Shown: positions 9,758 to 19,459 of the stretch, one piece after another | Layout: each line of letters begins with the position of its first letter | Numbering within the stretch: position 1 is the first letter of the stretch | DNA from: Candidatus Kapaibacterium sp. | Lineage (GTDB): Bacteria > Bacteroidota > Ignavibacteria > Kapaibacteriales > UBA2268 | Assembly (NCBI GenBank): GCA_963665665.1 | Contig: OY762428.1 | Location: 768,001 to 832,000 of the forward strand | Reading direction: 5' to 3' | DNA: 64,000 nt | The notes under the pieces: generated by a model | The model's database searches: none | Seen by the model: only the letters and a program-made list of their open reading frames with translations | Told to the model about the DNA's origin: nothing | Translations under genes and position numbers: made by a program

Positions 9758-12700
9758 TTAATCCTGATAAATAACTTTTTCTGTCTGAACGAACCTTCCT
9801 GATCTGAGTTTAACAAAATAAACACCTGAACTTACATTTTCAGGTATCCATGAGAATTTATGATCACCGGCTGTCATGCTGCCAGATACTACCGTATAGA
9901 CCGTATTACCGAATACGTCCATTATTTCAATGCTGCTGAATTCATCACGAGGAATATTTATTGCAATAACAGTCCTGTAATTGAATGGTAGCGGACTTAT
10001 TGATATTATACCGAAACCTTCTTCAAATGTTTGCGGTACATCTGTATCAATTTCTGTTGTGAAGCTCCATGTTTCGCTAATTTCTCCCGGGCCTGCCGCA
10101 TTGTGAGCGCGTACTTTCCAGTAATAAGTCGTTGAGCCTTCCAGTTCGCTGAAAATTGTTGTCCTGGCAAGGGAAATCCCGGTTTTTTCATACACGATAT
10201 TATTGAATTCACTATCAGTTGATGCCCAAACTTCATAGAAGTCAGCATTGTCAACATCTTCCCATTGCAGCTTGGCTCTGATCTTAACTTCAGTAGCTCC
10301 GTTTCCGGGCTCAAGTAATACCGGAATACCTGGAACTGCCAATGTCATGAATGACCACGTATCACTCCATGGCCCGTAAGCAGGCCGCTCGGCATTAATC
10401 GTATTCACAGCGCGAACCCTCCAGTAGTATCTGGTATTTGCATCAAGAGAATCAGTAATTTTAAAAATGAAATTTTTGATATTTTCCTGATCTTCAACAA
10501 TTTCAGTAAAGTTTTCGTCAAGTGCTAACTGTATGTGAAACATTGTTTTATAACCAAAATCAACATTATATCTGACATCAGACCAGTTCATTTCAGGGAT
10601 GACGGTAACGTCGGTTTCATTATTCTCAGGTCGGTTTAATTCAGGCGCTCCGGGCGCAGGCATACCAACGGTGAACTGCCATGTTGATGACCAGTGCTCC
10701 GGGTTATTATTGCCGATATTATCGTATTCAGGTATTACTTTCCAAAAATATACGCCGTCTTCTAGTTCATCGAATGTGGGAAATTCAGATGTTTCTATTG
10801 TTTCAATTACATTTTCCGGATTGTCTTTTGCAAGCGAAACCGTATAGTTAACAGCATCCGGAACAAACTGCCATTCCAGGGTAACTGATGAAGTTTTGCC
10901 ATAAGCAAAATTTTTAGGTGACAGCAGGCCAACAGCTGTTTTTACTCTTTTAATATTACCGTTTGTGTCCAGCCTGATACAAATATTAGATTTTAACCCT
11001 TTCGTCGTTCTTAAAGTCGTTTGTTCATCATTAACCGTAAAGTATAAATTATGTATTGCATTATCTCTGCCGGTTCCGAAATGAATCATATCAGATGATT
11101 GTGCAGCCCTGCCGTTCATAACAGATCCCGGCAGCCAGCGAACCAACTCGCCATTATTGGCAGCAAGCCTTGCCTTTGCACCATAACCCGAAGCATTAAC
11201 TCCCGAGCCGTCGTTAAGGAATTGGTTTGAAGGAATAATTTCAAGGTACGAATTTTCGCGGGGAATATCATTCCTGAAAAGTTTTACATATTCCTGGCTG
11301 CTGGCAACAAGCAAATCCATATCACCGTCCAGGTCGTAATCCAGCCTTATGGGGGCCCATGCGCCGTGAATTACCGGGCCGTATTCCCAGGTTTTATCCC
11401 TTAAACGGAAATCATTATCGGCACCGGAATTCATGTATAGCCTGGACAGGCGGTCAACGCCGTCGCCTCTTCGGTCGTATGAATACTGGCAGTGGTAAAG
11501 GTCCTGGAACCCGTCGTTATCGAAATCAGCCCAAACCATACCTGCATTCATTTCAAAGAATTTTAATCCCAGTTCTTCCTTTACATTTGTAAATGAGTAA
11601 TCATCGGGGCCGTTGTTTTTCATGATCATTGACGGATTGGAAACAGCACCGCGCCAGTCCGGATGCCCCAGATTGCCGATTGCAAGGTCCATGTAGCCGT
11701 CATTGTTGTAATCAGCCCAGTCAGAGCCCATTCCGTGCCCGAAATAATTTGCCTGCTGAGTTGGAACACCACGTGCGCCTGTTTCAGCTCCAACTTCGGT
11801 AAAGGTACCGTCGCCGTTGTTTTTATAAAGCAGGTCGGGAGCAAGGCGATATGTTGCAACGAAAATATCCGGCCAGCCGTCGTCGTTGTAATCGCAAACA
11901 CTCGCGCCCCAGCAGTCGTAATATGGGGAAGGCTCGCCTGCTGCAATTCCTGATGAAGATGTAACATCTTCAAATTCCCGGTTGCCAAGATTTTTGAAAA
12001 GTTTATCCTGGTAGAATACTTCATTGGGATATGATCCGCTGCGGCCATAAGCTATAAACAGGTCAAGCAGCCCGTCGTTATTATAATCCAGCCAGATAGG
12101 GGTAACAGTAGGCGCATCCTTCACAATATCAGGGTCAGTCTGCTCTGTAAAAGTACCGTCGCCATTGCCCCAGTACATTTTATCGTTGCCGCTGCCCCTT
12201 GCGGAGAACGCATCTAAATTGCCGTCGTTATCAACGTCTGCCCAAACTGTTGCAAAGCAGTTGAAACCGAACCTTGAGCTAACATTGCTGTATGTTCCAT
12301 CACCGTTATTCTCAAAGAATCTGCTGCCAATTGCAAGGTCTGCAAAGCCGTCATTATTCCAGTCCGGGGCGCTCGCCATAGCCGAACGCAGGGGATTGCC
12401 CGAGTCATCAGTCAAGCCTGCTTCAACGCTAACGTCAAGGAACAGGGGTGCAGGTGCCGGCTGGGAAGTATTATTATCCGGGTATGTATATTCAATTATG
12501 CTCCTTACCATGTAATCGCCCGTGGCAAGGTAATAATTACCGGGGCCACCAAGGGAATTTGTTTTAAACGGGTTCATCATATATGAGGTATATGGCTGTG
12601 TCTGGCTGTTATCATCCGCAGCGAACCATGGCCCGTTCTTTCCCGTGCTGTGCTGAATCCAGATACGGTCGAAGCCGTCTGATCTGAGGTTGCTAACTGG

Positions 12701-13057
12701 TATGCTAACCCATCCGGGATTTCCGTCGTACTCGATAATAATCGGATCGATAAGCAGGTTATAATCCCAAACCCAGCCTGTGGGTGGAATGGCACCTTCG
12801 GAAGGATCGCCGGCCACATAAATGGTGTCTAATCCGGGTTCATCGCCAGTGTAATAAATTTTAATTTCTTTAAATGAGCAAGGCCCGTCAGGCGACAGCA
12901 TTGCCGATTCCTCGTAAGTTTCATTTTCCGCCCATCCGCTTGGCGTCTGGTGTCCGGCTCGTGGCGAGCCGTTATCATTAGCAAGCTCTACAAGATTTGA
13001 ATAAACATTTGAAATCGAGAGAGAAAATATAGAAAAAATAAGTAATAAAAATTTCAT
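9758..13057 (-). CDS. FG-GAP/CRTAC1-like beta-propeller protein with ASPIC/UnbV-like and FN3-like domains and T9SS-type CTD
   Basis: Many D.N.DG..DL repeats, NNGDGTF, YYWRVRA.N repeats, SSGVYFVKL C-terminus; GGAGG before ATG 13057. Confidence 0.85.
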   Translation of the reverse strand: MKFLLLIFSIFSLSISNVYSNLVELANDNGSPRAGHQTPSGWAENETYEESAMLSPDGPCSFKEIKIYYTGDEPGLDTIYVAGDPSEGAIPPTGWVWDYNLLIDPIIIEYDGNPGWVSIPVSNLRSDGFDRIWIQHSTGKNGPWFAADDNSQTQPYTSYMMNPFKTNSLGGPGNYYLATGDYMVRSIIEYTYPDNNTSQPAPAPLFLDVSVEAGLTDDSGNPLRSAMASAPDWNNDGFADLAIGSRFFENNGDGTYSNVSSRFGFNCFATVWADVDNDGNLDAFSARGSGNDKMYWGNGDGTFTEQTDPDIVKDAPTVTPIWLDYNNDGLLDLFIAYGRSGSYPNEVFYQDKLFKNLGNREFEDVTSSSGIAAGEPSPYYDCWGASVCDYNDDGWPDIFVATYRLAPDLLYKNNGDGTFTEVGAETGARGVPTQQANYFGHGMGSDWADYNNDGYMDLAIGNLGHPDWRGAVSNPSMIMKNNGPDDYSFTNVKEELGLKFFEMNAGMVWADFDNDGFQDLYHCQYSYDRRGDGVDRLSRLYMNSGADNDFRLRDKTWEYGPVIHGAWAPIRLDYDLDGDMDLLVASSQEYVKLFRNDIPRENSYLEIIPSNQFLNDGSGVNASGYGAKARLAANNGELVRWLPGSVMNGRAAQSSDMIHFGTGRDNAIHNLYFTVNDEQTTLRTTKGLKSNICIRLDTNGNIKRVKTAVGLLSPKNFAYGKTSSVTLEWQFVPDAVNYTVSLAKDNPENVIETIETSEFPTFDELEDGVYFWKVIPEYDNIGNNNPEHWSSTWQFTVGMPAPGAPELNRPENNETDVTVIPEMNWSDVRYNVDFGYKTMFHIQLALDENFTEIVEDQENIKNFIFKITDSLDANTRYYWRVRAVNTINAERPAYGPWSDTWSFMTLAVPGIPVLLEPGNGATEVKIRAKLQWEDVDNADFYEVWASTDSEFNNIVYEKTGISLARTTIFSELEGSTTYYWKVRAHNAAGPGEISETWSFTTEIDTDVPQTFEEGFGIISISPLPFNYRTVIAINIPRDEFSSIEIMDVFGNTVYTVVSGSMTAGDHKFSWIPENVSSGVYFVKLRSGRFVQTEKVIYQD

Positions 13058-13119
13058 AACGCCTCCGTTTGATATGTCATTTCCTGTGTAAGTACAATGG
13101 AAAAATATAAGGATAAGAT

Positions 13120-13146
13120 ATAAATAAATCAAGTGTTATTTTAGAA
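13120..13146. repeat. Toxin-antitoxin module boundary motif, copy 1
   Basis: ataaataaatcaagtgttattttagaa; identical at 13835-13861, 23/25 match at 14616-14640. Confidence 0.85.
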
Positions 13147-13263
13147 GGATGGTAGAGAATATCAATATTTGAATAATTTTGTTTGTCTTTTTGTATATAT
13201 ACGATATTCGGGATAAATTTATCTCAAATATTATTTGCTTTAGTTGAATTATTTACATATTAT

Positions 13264-13281
13264 AGTACAGAATAATGTACT
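13264..13281 (+). promoter_or_regulatory. Probable YefM autoregulatory operator
   Basis: agtaca-N6-tgtact inverted repeat just upstream of yefM; TGTACA-type cores are known YefM operators; repeated at 14756-14773. Confidence 0.65.
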
Positions 13282-13298
13282 TTATATTGGACAATTCA

Positions 13299-13553
13299 AT
13301 GATGACAACAACTTTAACGGAATTCAGGAAAAACCTGAAATACTATGCTGACAGAATTATTGAAAATTTCGATACCCTGATCATCAATCGCGGCAAGAAC
13401 CGCGGCATTGTAGTCCTGTCCCTTGATGAATACAATGCTTTGTGCGCTACCAGGCATGAAACATCGTCCGAAAGAAATAAAAGCAGGCTGGATTCCGCAA
13501 TTAAGAAGCTTAATGAGGGAAAATCGCATGAAAAATCTTTGGTTGAAGAATGA
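13299..13553 (+). CDS. yefM: Phd/YefM family antitoxin
   Basis: TLTEFRKNLK.Y.D......TLII.R....VVLSLDEYN; ATGA overlap with yoeB. Confidence 0.9.
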   Translation: MMTTTLTEFRKNLKYYADRIIENFDTLIINRGKNRGIVVLSLDEYNALCATRHETSSERNKSRLDSAIKKLNEGKSHEKSLVEE

Positions 13554-13813
13554 AATACATCTTTGTAGATGAATCATGGGATGATTACCTTTATTGGCAG
13601 AAAACTGATAAAAAGATTTTGAGAAAAATAAATAAACTGCTAAAAGATATCTCAAGAAATCCCTTTTCGGGCCTTGGCAAGCCTGAACCTTTGAAATTTG
13701 AATACAATGGTTTCTGGTCGAGGAGAATTGACGGGGAGCACAGGTTGATTTACAGGGTTGAAGGGGATGAAATACAAATTGCCAAATGCAGGTTCCATTA
13801 CGACAGGAAATAG
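13550..13813 (+). CDS. yoeB: Txe/YoeB family toxin
   Basis: WDDYLYWQKTDKK, GLGKPEPLK, WSRRIDGEHRLIY, CRFHY. Confidence 0.95.
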   Translation: MKYIFVDESWDDYLYWQKTDKKILRKINKLLKDISRNPFSGLGKPEPLKFEYNGFWSRRIDGEHRLIYRVEGDEIQIAKCRFHYDRK

Positions 13814-13907
13814 TTTATATGACCATGGCCGGTAATAAATAAATCAAGTGTTATTTTAGAAAGATGATATTTTGAAAATTGTAAATATTTAAATAATTCT
13901 TGTATAT

Positions 13908-13930
13908 ATGTAACGAATACGTTACATTTG
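13908..13930 (+). promoter_or_regulatory. Operator palindrome overlapping a probable promoter of the HigBA-like pair
   Basis: Perfect atgtaacg-aata-cgttacat; overlaps TACATTTG (TAnnTTTG Bacteroidota -7 type) 4 bp before ATG 13935. Confidence 0.6.
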
Positions 13931-13934
13931 TTTG

Positions 13935-14279
13935 ATGAGAGAAATAGATATAACAGAAAAATGTTTAGAATTTATTGATTCCCAACCGGAAAGAGTAGCA
14001 AATAAATTCTTTCAATTAATTGAAGTTATTGGTGAAATTAAAGTCGTTCATAAAAATTTTGTAAAAAAATTGATTAATACAGAATATTATGAATTGCGAA
14101 TTAAAGCAGGTAATGAATACAGAGTAATAATTTTTGCAATAGATCACAATAATTTCTCTGAATGTTCTCTTGCAGTATGTTTAAATGGATTTATTAAAAA
14201 GTCGAATAAAGATTATGTAAAGGCATTAAAAGAAGCGGATAAAATTTTGAAAGATTATCTGAAAGGTAAAGTATCATGA
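13935..14279 (+). CDS. RelE/ParE-superfamily (HigB/Gp49-like) toxin
   Basis: VKKL....YELRIK..NEYRVI.F, LNGFIKKS; toxin-first order upstream of an XRE HTH gene. Confidence 0.8.
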   Translation: MREIDITEKCLEFIDSQPERVANKFFQLIEVIGEIKVVHKNFVKKLINTEYYELRIKAGNEYRVIIFAIDHNNFSECSLAVCLNGFIKKSNKDYVKALKEADKILKDYLKGKVS

Positions 14280-14557
14280 AAACAATCAGGGCAAAAGAAA
14301 TATTGGCAGAACGCTATGGCGAAAAAGGATCGGAAAGCAGGGAACAATTCCGCAACGAAGCATATTCATACTATTTCGGCGAGATAATAAGAAACAGGAG
14401 AAAAGAACTTAATATGACACAAGAAAAACTAGCCGAGTTGATAGGAAAGAAGCGGCCGTATATATCAAGGATTGAGAACGGGGAAGACGTTAGAATATCT
14501 AATCTTATGCTGGTTGCCAATGCATTGGGTTTATCAATTCAGCTTACGGCAGTATAG
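14276..14557 (+). CDS. XRE-family HTH antitoxin (HigA-like)
   Basis: IRNRRKELNMTQEKLAELIGKKRPYISRIENG; ATGA overlap with toxin. Confidence 0.85.
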   Translation: MKTIRAKEILAERYGEKGSESREQFRNEAYSYYFGEIIRNRRKELNMTQEKLAELIGKKRPYISRIENGEDVRISNLMLVANALGLSIQLTAV

Positions 14558-14790
14558 AATTAAATTCAACTGTTTTTAAATTATTATTGATAGTAATCTA
14601 ACGACACGAAAAGCAAAATATATCAAGTATTATTTTAGAAAGACGTGGAGCATCAAAATTTGAATAATTTTGTTTGTCTTTTTGTATATACCAGTATAGA
14701 AGGGATAAATTTATCTAAAATATTATTTGCTTTAGTTGAATTATGTACATATTATAGTACAGAATAATGTACTTTATATTGGACGATACA

Positions 14791-15045
14791 ATGATGACAA
14801 CAACTTTAACGGAATTCAGGAAAAACCTGAAATACTTTGCCGACAGAATTAATGAAAATCTCGATACCCTGATCATCAATCGCGGTAAGAACCGCGGCAT
14901 TGTAGTCCTGTCTCTTGATGAATACAATGCTTTGTGCGCTACCAGGCATGAAACATCGTCCGGAAGAAATAAAAGCAGGCTGGATTCCGCAATTAAGAAG
15001 CTGAATGAGGGAAAATCGCATGAAAAATCTTTGGTTAAGAAATGA
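14791..15045 (+). CDS. yefM: Phd/YefM family antitoxin, second near-identical copy
   Basis: Differs from 13299-13553 at about 6 residues; upstream about 175 bp also duplicated. Confidence 0.9.
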   Translation: MMTTTLTEFRKNLKYFADRINENLDTLIINRGKNRGIVVLSLDEYNALCATRHETSSGRNKSRLDSAIKKLNEGKSHEKSLVKK

Positions 15046-15704
15046 AAAAAGAGAAAATAAATAAATATTTAGAAAATGTATTAATTAGCAGGTCTAACGA
15101 AAAAATGAAGGTTACCTATATAAATAATGGAAGGTATTTCAATGATTTATTTGGTATTAGCTTCAAAGTTCCTAAAGAATGGACTATGTTAGATTCAGAG
15201 CAATTTGAAATAGGAATGAATAATCATATTCTTATGGGCGAATATGAGTATTATAAACAAGATTTCATTTCTGCTATTGGTTGTCCGTCTTTGAGGTTGA
15301 CAAAGTATAATCCTGAATTTAATAAATGTTATGGATTAGTATCACCCACCTTTAATTTTGATATTACATCAAAATATCCTGATTATTTAAATTACTCTCT
15401 TAAAGATTATGCTGATTTAGTTGATAATCAGGCTGAATTTGGTTATCATATGTTAAAGCATTTTCGAGTTATATCAAGGGGTGATATATACAAAAGAAAT
15501 GGTCATAAATACATTAAATATCATTTAGAATATTTATTTGAATGTAAAGAATTAGATTTTGGAATAATGGTTGAAATGAGTATTTTAAATATTGAATACG
15601 GTGATTTTTTTCTTGAATTTGACCTCACGGATTGCAAAAGTCAGAATCAGGATGAAACGGAAACTTTTAAAATGATTGAAGATTCCATTGAACTTTATTA
15701 TTAA
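15042..15704 (+). CDS. Hypothetical protein in the toxin position after yefM copy 2 (possible PsbP/Mog1-like fold)
   Basis: 220-aa AT-rich ORF with ATGA coupling; YFNDLFGISFKVPKEW pattern; no YoeB similarity. Confidence 0.6.
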   Translation: MKKEKINKYLENVLISRSNEKMKVTYINNGRYFNDLFGISFKVPKEWTMLDSEQFEIGMNNHILMGEYEYYKQDFISAIGCPSLRLTKYNPEFNKCYGLVSPTFNFDITSKYPDYLNYSLKDYADLVDNQAEFGYHMLKHFRVISRGDIYKRNGHKYIKYHLEYLFECKELDFGIMVEMSILNIEYGDFFLEFDLTDCKSQNQDETETFKMIEDSIELYY

Positions 15705-15738
15705 AAACATTGGATGGTCTTAACCATAATCAATATTC

Positions 15739-16266
15739 CTAATCCTTTTCAATACGGATACAACTGAAAATCTCATCATAAATTTGTTCTTTGTTGTCTG
15801 CTGATAGAGGCATGGAAACATGGAATACTACAAGCCAGGCTCCCTTTTTGAAATATACGATTCTATGATTCTCGCCGGGCCAGGATACATCAACGGAATC
15901 TATAGAATACTCGCAGCAATATAGATCGCCCGAAAAATTTAGGATACTGTTTTTACATGGTTGCATATCGCTCTCTTCACAATTTGTCCTGTTGTGAATA
16001 TGCCACAAATTTTGGTTTTCATAAAAATTTAAGCTCAAGGTTATATTGCTATCCATGAAAGCTGCGGCAAACAGCTTATCGTCGCCGTAAATTTTTCCCT
16101 CATGCCGCAGGTAGTTATAAGTAACTGCCTGTTCAGGCTTATAAACTACCTCCCAGTCCTCGCCGGGGATGGATATTTCGAGCGTGTTGTCGTTCTCGCT
16201 TATATAATATAATTTACATGAGTTAAAAAGTGTTAAAAAGAAAATAAAATATACGCCGGTTTTCAT
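15739..16266 (-). CDS. Hypothetical lipoprotein
   Basis: MKTGVYFIFFLTLFNSC lipobox-like N-terminus. Confidence 0.6.
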   Translation of the reverse strand: MKTGVYFIFFLTLFNSCKLYYISENDNTLEISIPGEDWEVVYKPEQAVTYNYLRHEGKIYGDDKLFAAAFMDSNITLSLNFYENQNLWHIHNRTNCEESDMQPCKNSILNFSGDLYCCEYSIDSVDVSWPGENHRIVYFKKGAWLVVFHVSMPLSADNKEQIYDEIFSCIRIEKD

Positions 16267-16270
16267 GAGA

Positions 16271-16714
16271 TTATCTGAATTTATATTGTAATACACTTGA
16301 ATATATATTGCTTATATACCACTTCCCAAACTTTAAGCTGAAGGTAAAAATCAGGTAAGTATCCCTGCTATCGGATTTTAACCTGATAAATCTATTAATA
16401 TTATTGTCATTAGAATTTTCCATGAAATAATTATTATAATAGATGCCGTCGAAATAATAATTATCTTTTTCAAAATCATTAAGCATATCCAATTTATAAT
16501 TAAAATCGAAATAATGAACTATCGAATATCCCGCCGAGTCCAGTAATTCACATATATCATTGGGGTAAGAAGCTATAAGGCAACTGACGGCGATCTGATC
16601 CTCACGGCTTCCGTCGTCCGGTAAAATCAGATCATCCTTGATAGTTTGATAATTTGAAAATACGCATGACTGAAATGCCAAAGCAATAATAAATATTAAT
16701 ATTCTACCTGTCAT
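16271..16714 (-). CDS. Hypothetical lipoprotein
   Basis: MTGRILIFIIALAFQSC lipobox-like N-terminus; tight co-directional spacing. Confidence 0.6.
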   Translation of the reverse strand: MTGRILIFIIALAFQSCVFSNYQTIKDDLILPDDGSREDQIAVSCLIASYPNDICELLDSAGYSIVHYFDFNYKLDMLNDFEKDNYYFDGIYYNNYFMENSNDNNINRFIRLKSDSRDTYLIFTFSLKFGKWYISNIYSSVLQYKFR

Positions 16715-16721
16715 TATCTTA

Positions 16722-17612
16722 TTACTCCATAACAAAATTTTTAATGATGGTATAATAATATTTGAATCCAATTTGAAAACTCATAGATTCGGTGTCTAAT
16801 TGATCGTATGAAAATTTGGAATAAATCATCCGAATCTGAATTTCCCAGTCCTTTATTCCGCGAAAATGCTTATTGTAATATTGGCCCATTTCGAAAAATT
16901 GCATTTTGTAGAAATTCAAACCGACTGAAGCCTGCCGGCAATAAAGCTTTTTACCTTCTTTATAAAGAAAATGAATATTATGAATGTATTCGAAATCAAG
17001 CGATACAGGGTTGAAATTAATATTACCTGCTATTTCAGGAGTTAAATTTGCCGAAGCCGACGAGGCCATACTGTGCCGGATTTCCGGAAACATTGAGTAG
17101 GACGGGGCAATTGAACCAATACCAGCCCTCAACCCGAGCTTTAAATCAATTTCTTTATTAAAATTTATCGGGAAACTTCGTAGCAATCCGAAACTGCCTT
17201 CGGCATAAGTTATTTTTCTGAAATTGATATTATCTTCTCGTTCCATAATTTTGAAGCCAAAAGAACGATCAAACCCAATGTGTGTACCGGTTACATCAAG
17301 ATCAATTAAACAATATCCTACAGAACTAACATTTCCTGCGGTAGATAAGCTGTTGTTGAAATAAATATATGGTAACCTGATACATCCATCAACTTTCGAA
17401 AAAGAAGATAGTTCACGCCTATCGTTATATTTCAATTCCTTTAGATTTGCAATATTATCAGACAGGCCAATACCAATGCTCAGAAAATTATTTCCCCTTG
17501 AATTTTCATAAGAAGCTGATAAACTGAAAAGGTCTTCTACTCTTCTGAAATCAAAAGCTTGCAAGTTACAGCTAATTAAAACTAATAATAATATTGGTAC
17601 AGGAAATTTCAT
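16722..17612 (-). CDS. Hypothetical exported protein, possibly an outer-membrane beta-barrel
   Basis: Signal peptide; alternating aromatic/Gly strands (LGLRAGIG, ASVGLNFY, FQIGFKYY). Confidence 0.55.
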   Translation of the reverse strand: MKFPVPILLLVLISCNLQAFDFRRVEDLFSLSASYENSRGNNFLSIGIGLSDNIANLKELKYNDRRELSSFSKVDGCIRLPYIYFNNSLSTAGNVSSVGYCLIDLDVTGTHIGFDRSFGFKIMEREDNINFRKITYAEGSFGLLRSFPINFNKEIDLKLGLRAGIGSIAPSYSMFPEIRHSMASSASANLTPEIAGNINFNPVSLDFEYIHNIHFLYKEGKKLYCRQASVGLNFYKMQFFEMGQYYNKHFRGIKDWEIQIRMIYSKFSYDQLDTESMSFQIGFKYYYTIIKNFVME

Positions 17613-17696
17613 AATAATCAGCCCACCGGCCCTCAACTAATATTCTGATTTTTCATTCACCTTAATAATATAACATTTATTATTGATTATAGGCAC

Positions 17697-17735
17697 AAAA
17701 AAACCTTCCGCAGTTTCGGGAGCTGCGGAAGGTTT
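17697..17735 (-). terminator. Intrinsic terminator downstream of the CoA-transferase gene
   Basis: aaaccttccgcag-loop-ctgcggaaggttt with a T-tract on the minus strand. Confidence 0.8.
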
Positions 17736-17944
17736 ATTAAATTTCCGGCATTAACAGATATTTTCTGATTTTGCCCGAATTACAATATTTCTATATCACA
17801 TTATCTATGCTAATAGTAAGCAAATATGATACGATTTTGTTAAGAGCAAGAACAACAAAATTTCTCAGAAATATTTATTATCCTTCATTCATTTATTATC
17901 AGCTTAGAAGTATCGAACAGATAATCACATCTTTACTTCCGGAG

Positions 17945-19459
17945 CTATACTTTCATTGTTCCTTTGTTCAGGAAATTAACGTGCCATGCCAAACTCTGTT
18001 CAATATTGTGCGGCGTTTGCTTGCCGGGAGAAGTTGACAATGCACGGCGGTAATATTCTTTAAGCATTGGCTTGTAGTCAGGATGAGCGCAGTTTTCTAT
18101 CACCACCTTTGCTCGTTCGCGCGGTGCCAGTCCTCTCAGGTCGGCAAGCCCCTGCTCGGTAACGATTACATGCACGTCGTGTTCCGTATGGTCCACATGA
18201 GAAACCATTGGCACAATGCAGGAAATATCTCCATTCTTTGCCACAGACGGGGTCATGAAAAATGAAATATATCCGTTCCGGGTAAAATCGCCCGAACCGC
18301 CGATACCATTCTGTATTTTTGTTCCCATTATATGAGTTGAGTTTACGTTCCCGTATATATCGGCTTCAATCATTCCATTCATAGCCAGGCAACCCAGACG
18401 GCGGATAATCTCCGGGTGGTTGGATATTTCCTGAGGCCTCAGGATAATTTTTTTATTGTACTGACTCATATTTTTGTTTACTTCTGTCATCGCTTCCGGC
18501 GACAAAGAAAATGCCGTAGCTGAAGCAACAGTCAGCTTTCCGGATTTCATCATATCAATCATGCCGTCCTGAATAACCTCGGTGAAGGAAGTAAGGTTCT
18601 CGAAAGGGCCTTCGTTCAGGCCGTTAAGAACCGCGTTGGCAATATTACCCACGCCGGATTGCAAAGGAAGCAGATTTTCAGGTATCCTTCCTTTTTTTAC
18701 TTCATGCTCAAGAAATTCCAGGATATATCCGGCAATTTTTTTTGATCCTTCATCCGGCGGGCTGAAAGGGGAATTCCTGTCAGGATCATCTGTTTCTACA
18801 ATTGCAATTATCTTGTCATCGGGTATTTGGAAATAAAGTGAGCCCGGCCTGTCGGTTGGTTTTACAATCGGAATCGGAATTTTGTTAGGAACGCATTGGT
18901 CGCGGTAAATATCGTGCATACCCTCTAATTCTTCATTTTGCCATGAGTTAACTTCCAGGATCACCTTATCGGCGCAATCGATCCAGGTAAGATTATTTCC
19001 AACCGAAGAAGATGGCACAATTGAACCGTCTTCTTTAATTTTTGTTACTTCAATTAATGCTATATCCAATTTCCCAAGAAAGCCGTTCCTTACGAAAGGC
19101 GCTACATGCGACAGGTGAATATCGGTATATTCCATTTCACCGGCGTTAATTTTCTTTCTTGAAACGGGGTCTGACTGATATGGGAGCCTTAAATTCATGC
19201 CGTCCACCATTGCCAGTGCACCATCCAGTTCCGGTGCAGTAGATGCTCCCGTCCATACTCCGATTTTAAAATCCTCACCTCGCAGGCTCGCGTCCATTAT
19301 CCGTTTAGCAAGGGCAAGAGGTACTGCCTTGGGATACCCCGAGCCTGTAAATCCGCTCATCCCTACATTGTCATTTGGCTTAATTAATCCCGCAGCTTCT
19401 TCTGCTGACATAATTTTTCCGTGTAATGATTTCCTTCCGATCCTTGATCTGTCTGCCAT
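17945..19459 (-). CDS. Acetyl-CoA hydrolase/succinate CoA-transferase family protein
   Basis: SGFTGSGYPKAVP, PLQSGVGNIANAV, FTEVIQD, NGIGGSGDF, SHVDHTEHDV, TEQGLADLRG. Confidence 0.93.
   Translation of the reverse strand: MADRSRIGRKSLHGKIMSAEEAAGLIKPNDNVGMSGFTGSGYPKAVPLALAKRIMDASLRGEDFKIGVWTGASTAPELDGALAMVDGMNLRLPYQSDPVSRKKINAGEMEYTDIHLSHVAPFVRNGFLGKLDIALIEVTKIKEDGSIVPSSSVGNNLTWIDCADKVILEVNSWQNEELEGMHDIYRDQCVPNKIPIPIVKPTDRPGSLYFQIPDDKIIAIVETDDPDRNSPFSPPDEGSKKIAGYILEFLEHEVKKGRIPENLLPLQSGVGNIANAVLNGLNEGPFENLTSFTEVIQDGMIDMMKSGKLTVASATAFSLSPEAMTEVNKNMSQYNKKIILRPQEISNHPEIIRRLGCLAMNGMIEADIYGNVNSTHIMGTKIQNGIGGSGDFTRNGYISFFMTPSVAKNGDISCIVPMVSHVDHTEHDVHVIVTEQGLADLRGLAPRERAKVVIENCAHPDYKPMLKEYYRRALSTSPGKQTPHNIEQSLAWHVNFLNKGTMKV

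Noticed and set aside
13120-15704. Integron or CALIN interpretation of the TA array
   Set aside because: No RYYYAAC...GTTRRRY palindromic attC structure seen between modules and no integrase in the window
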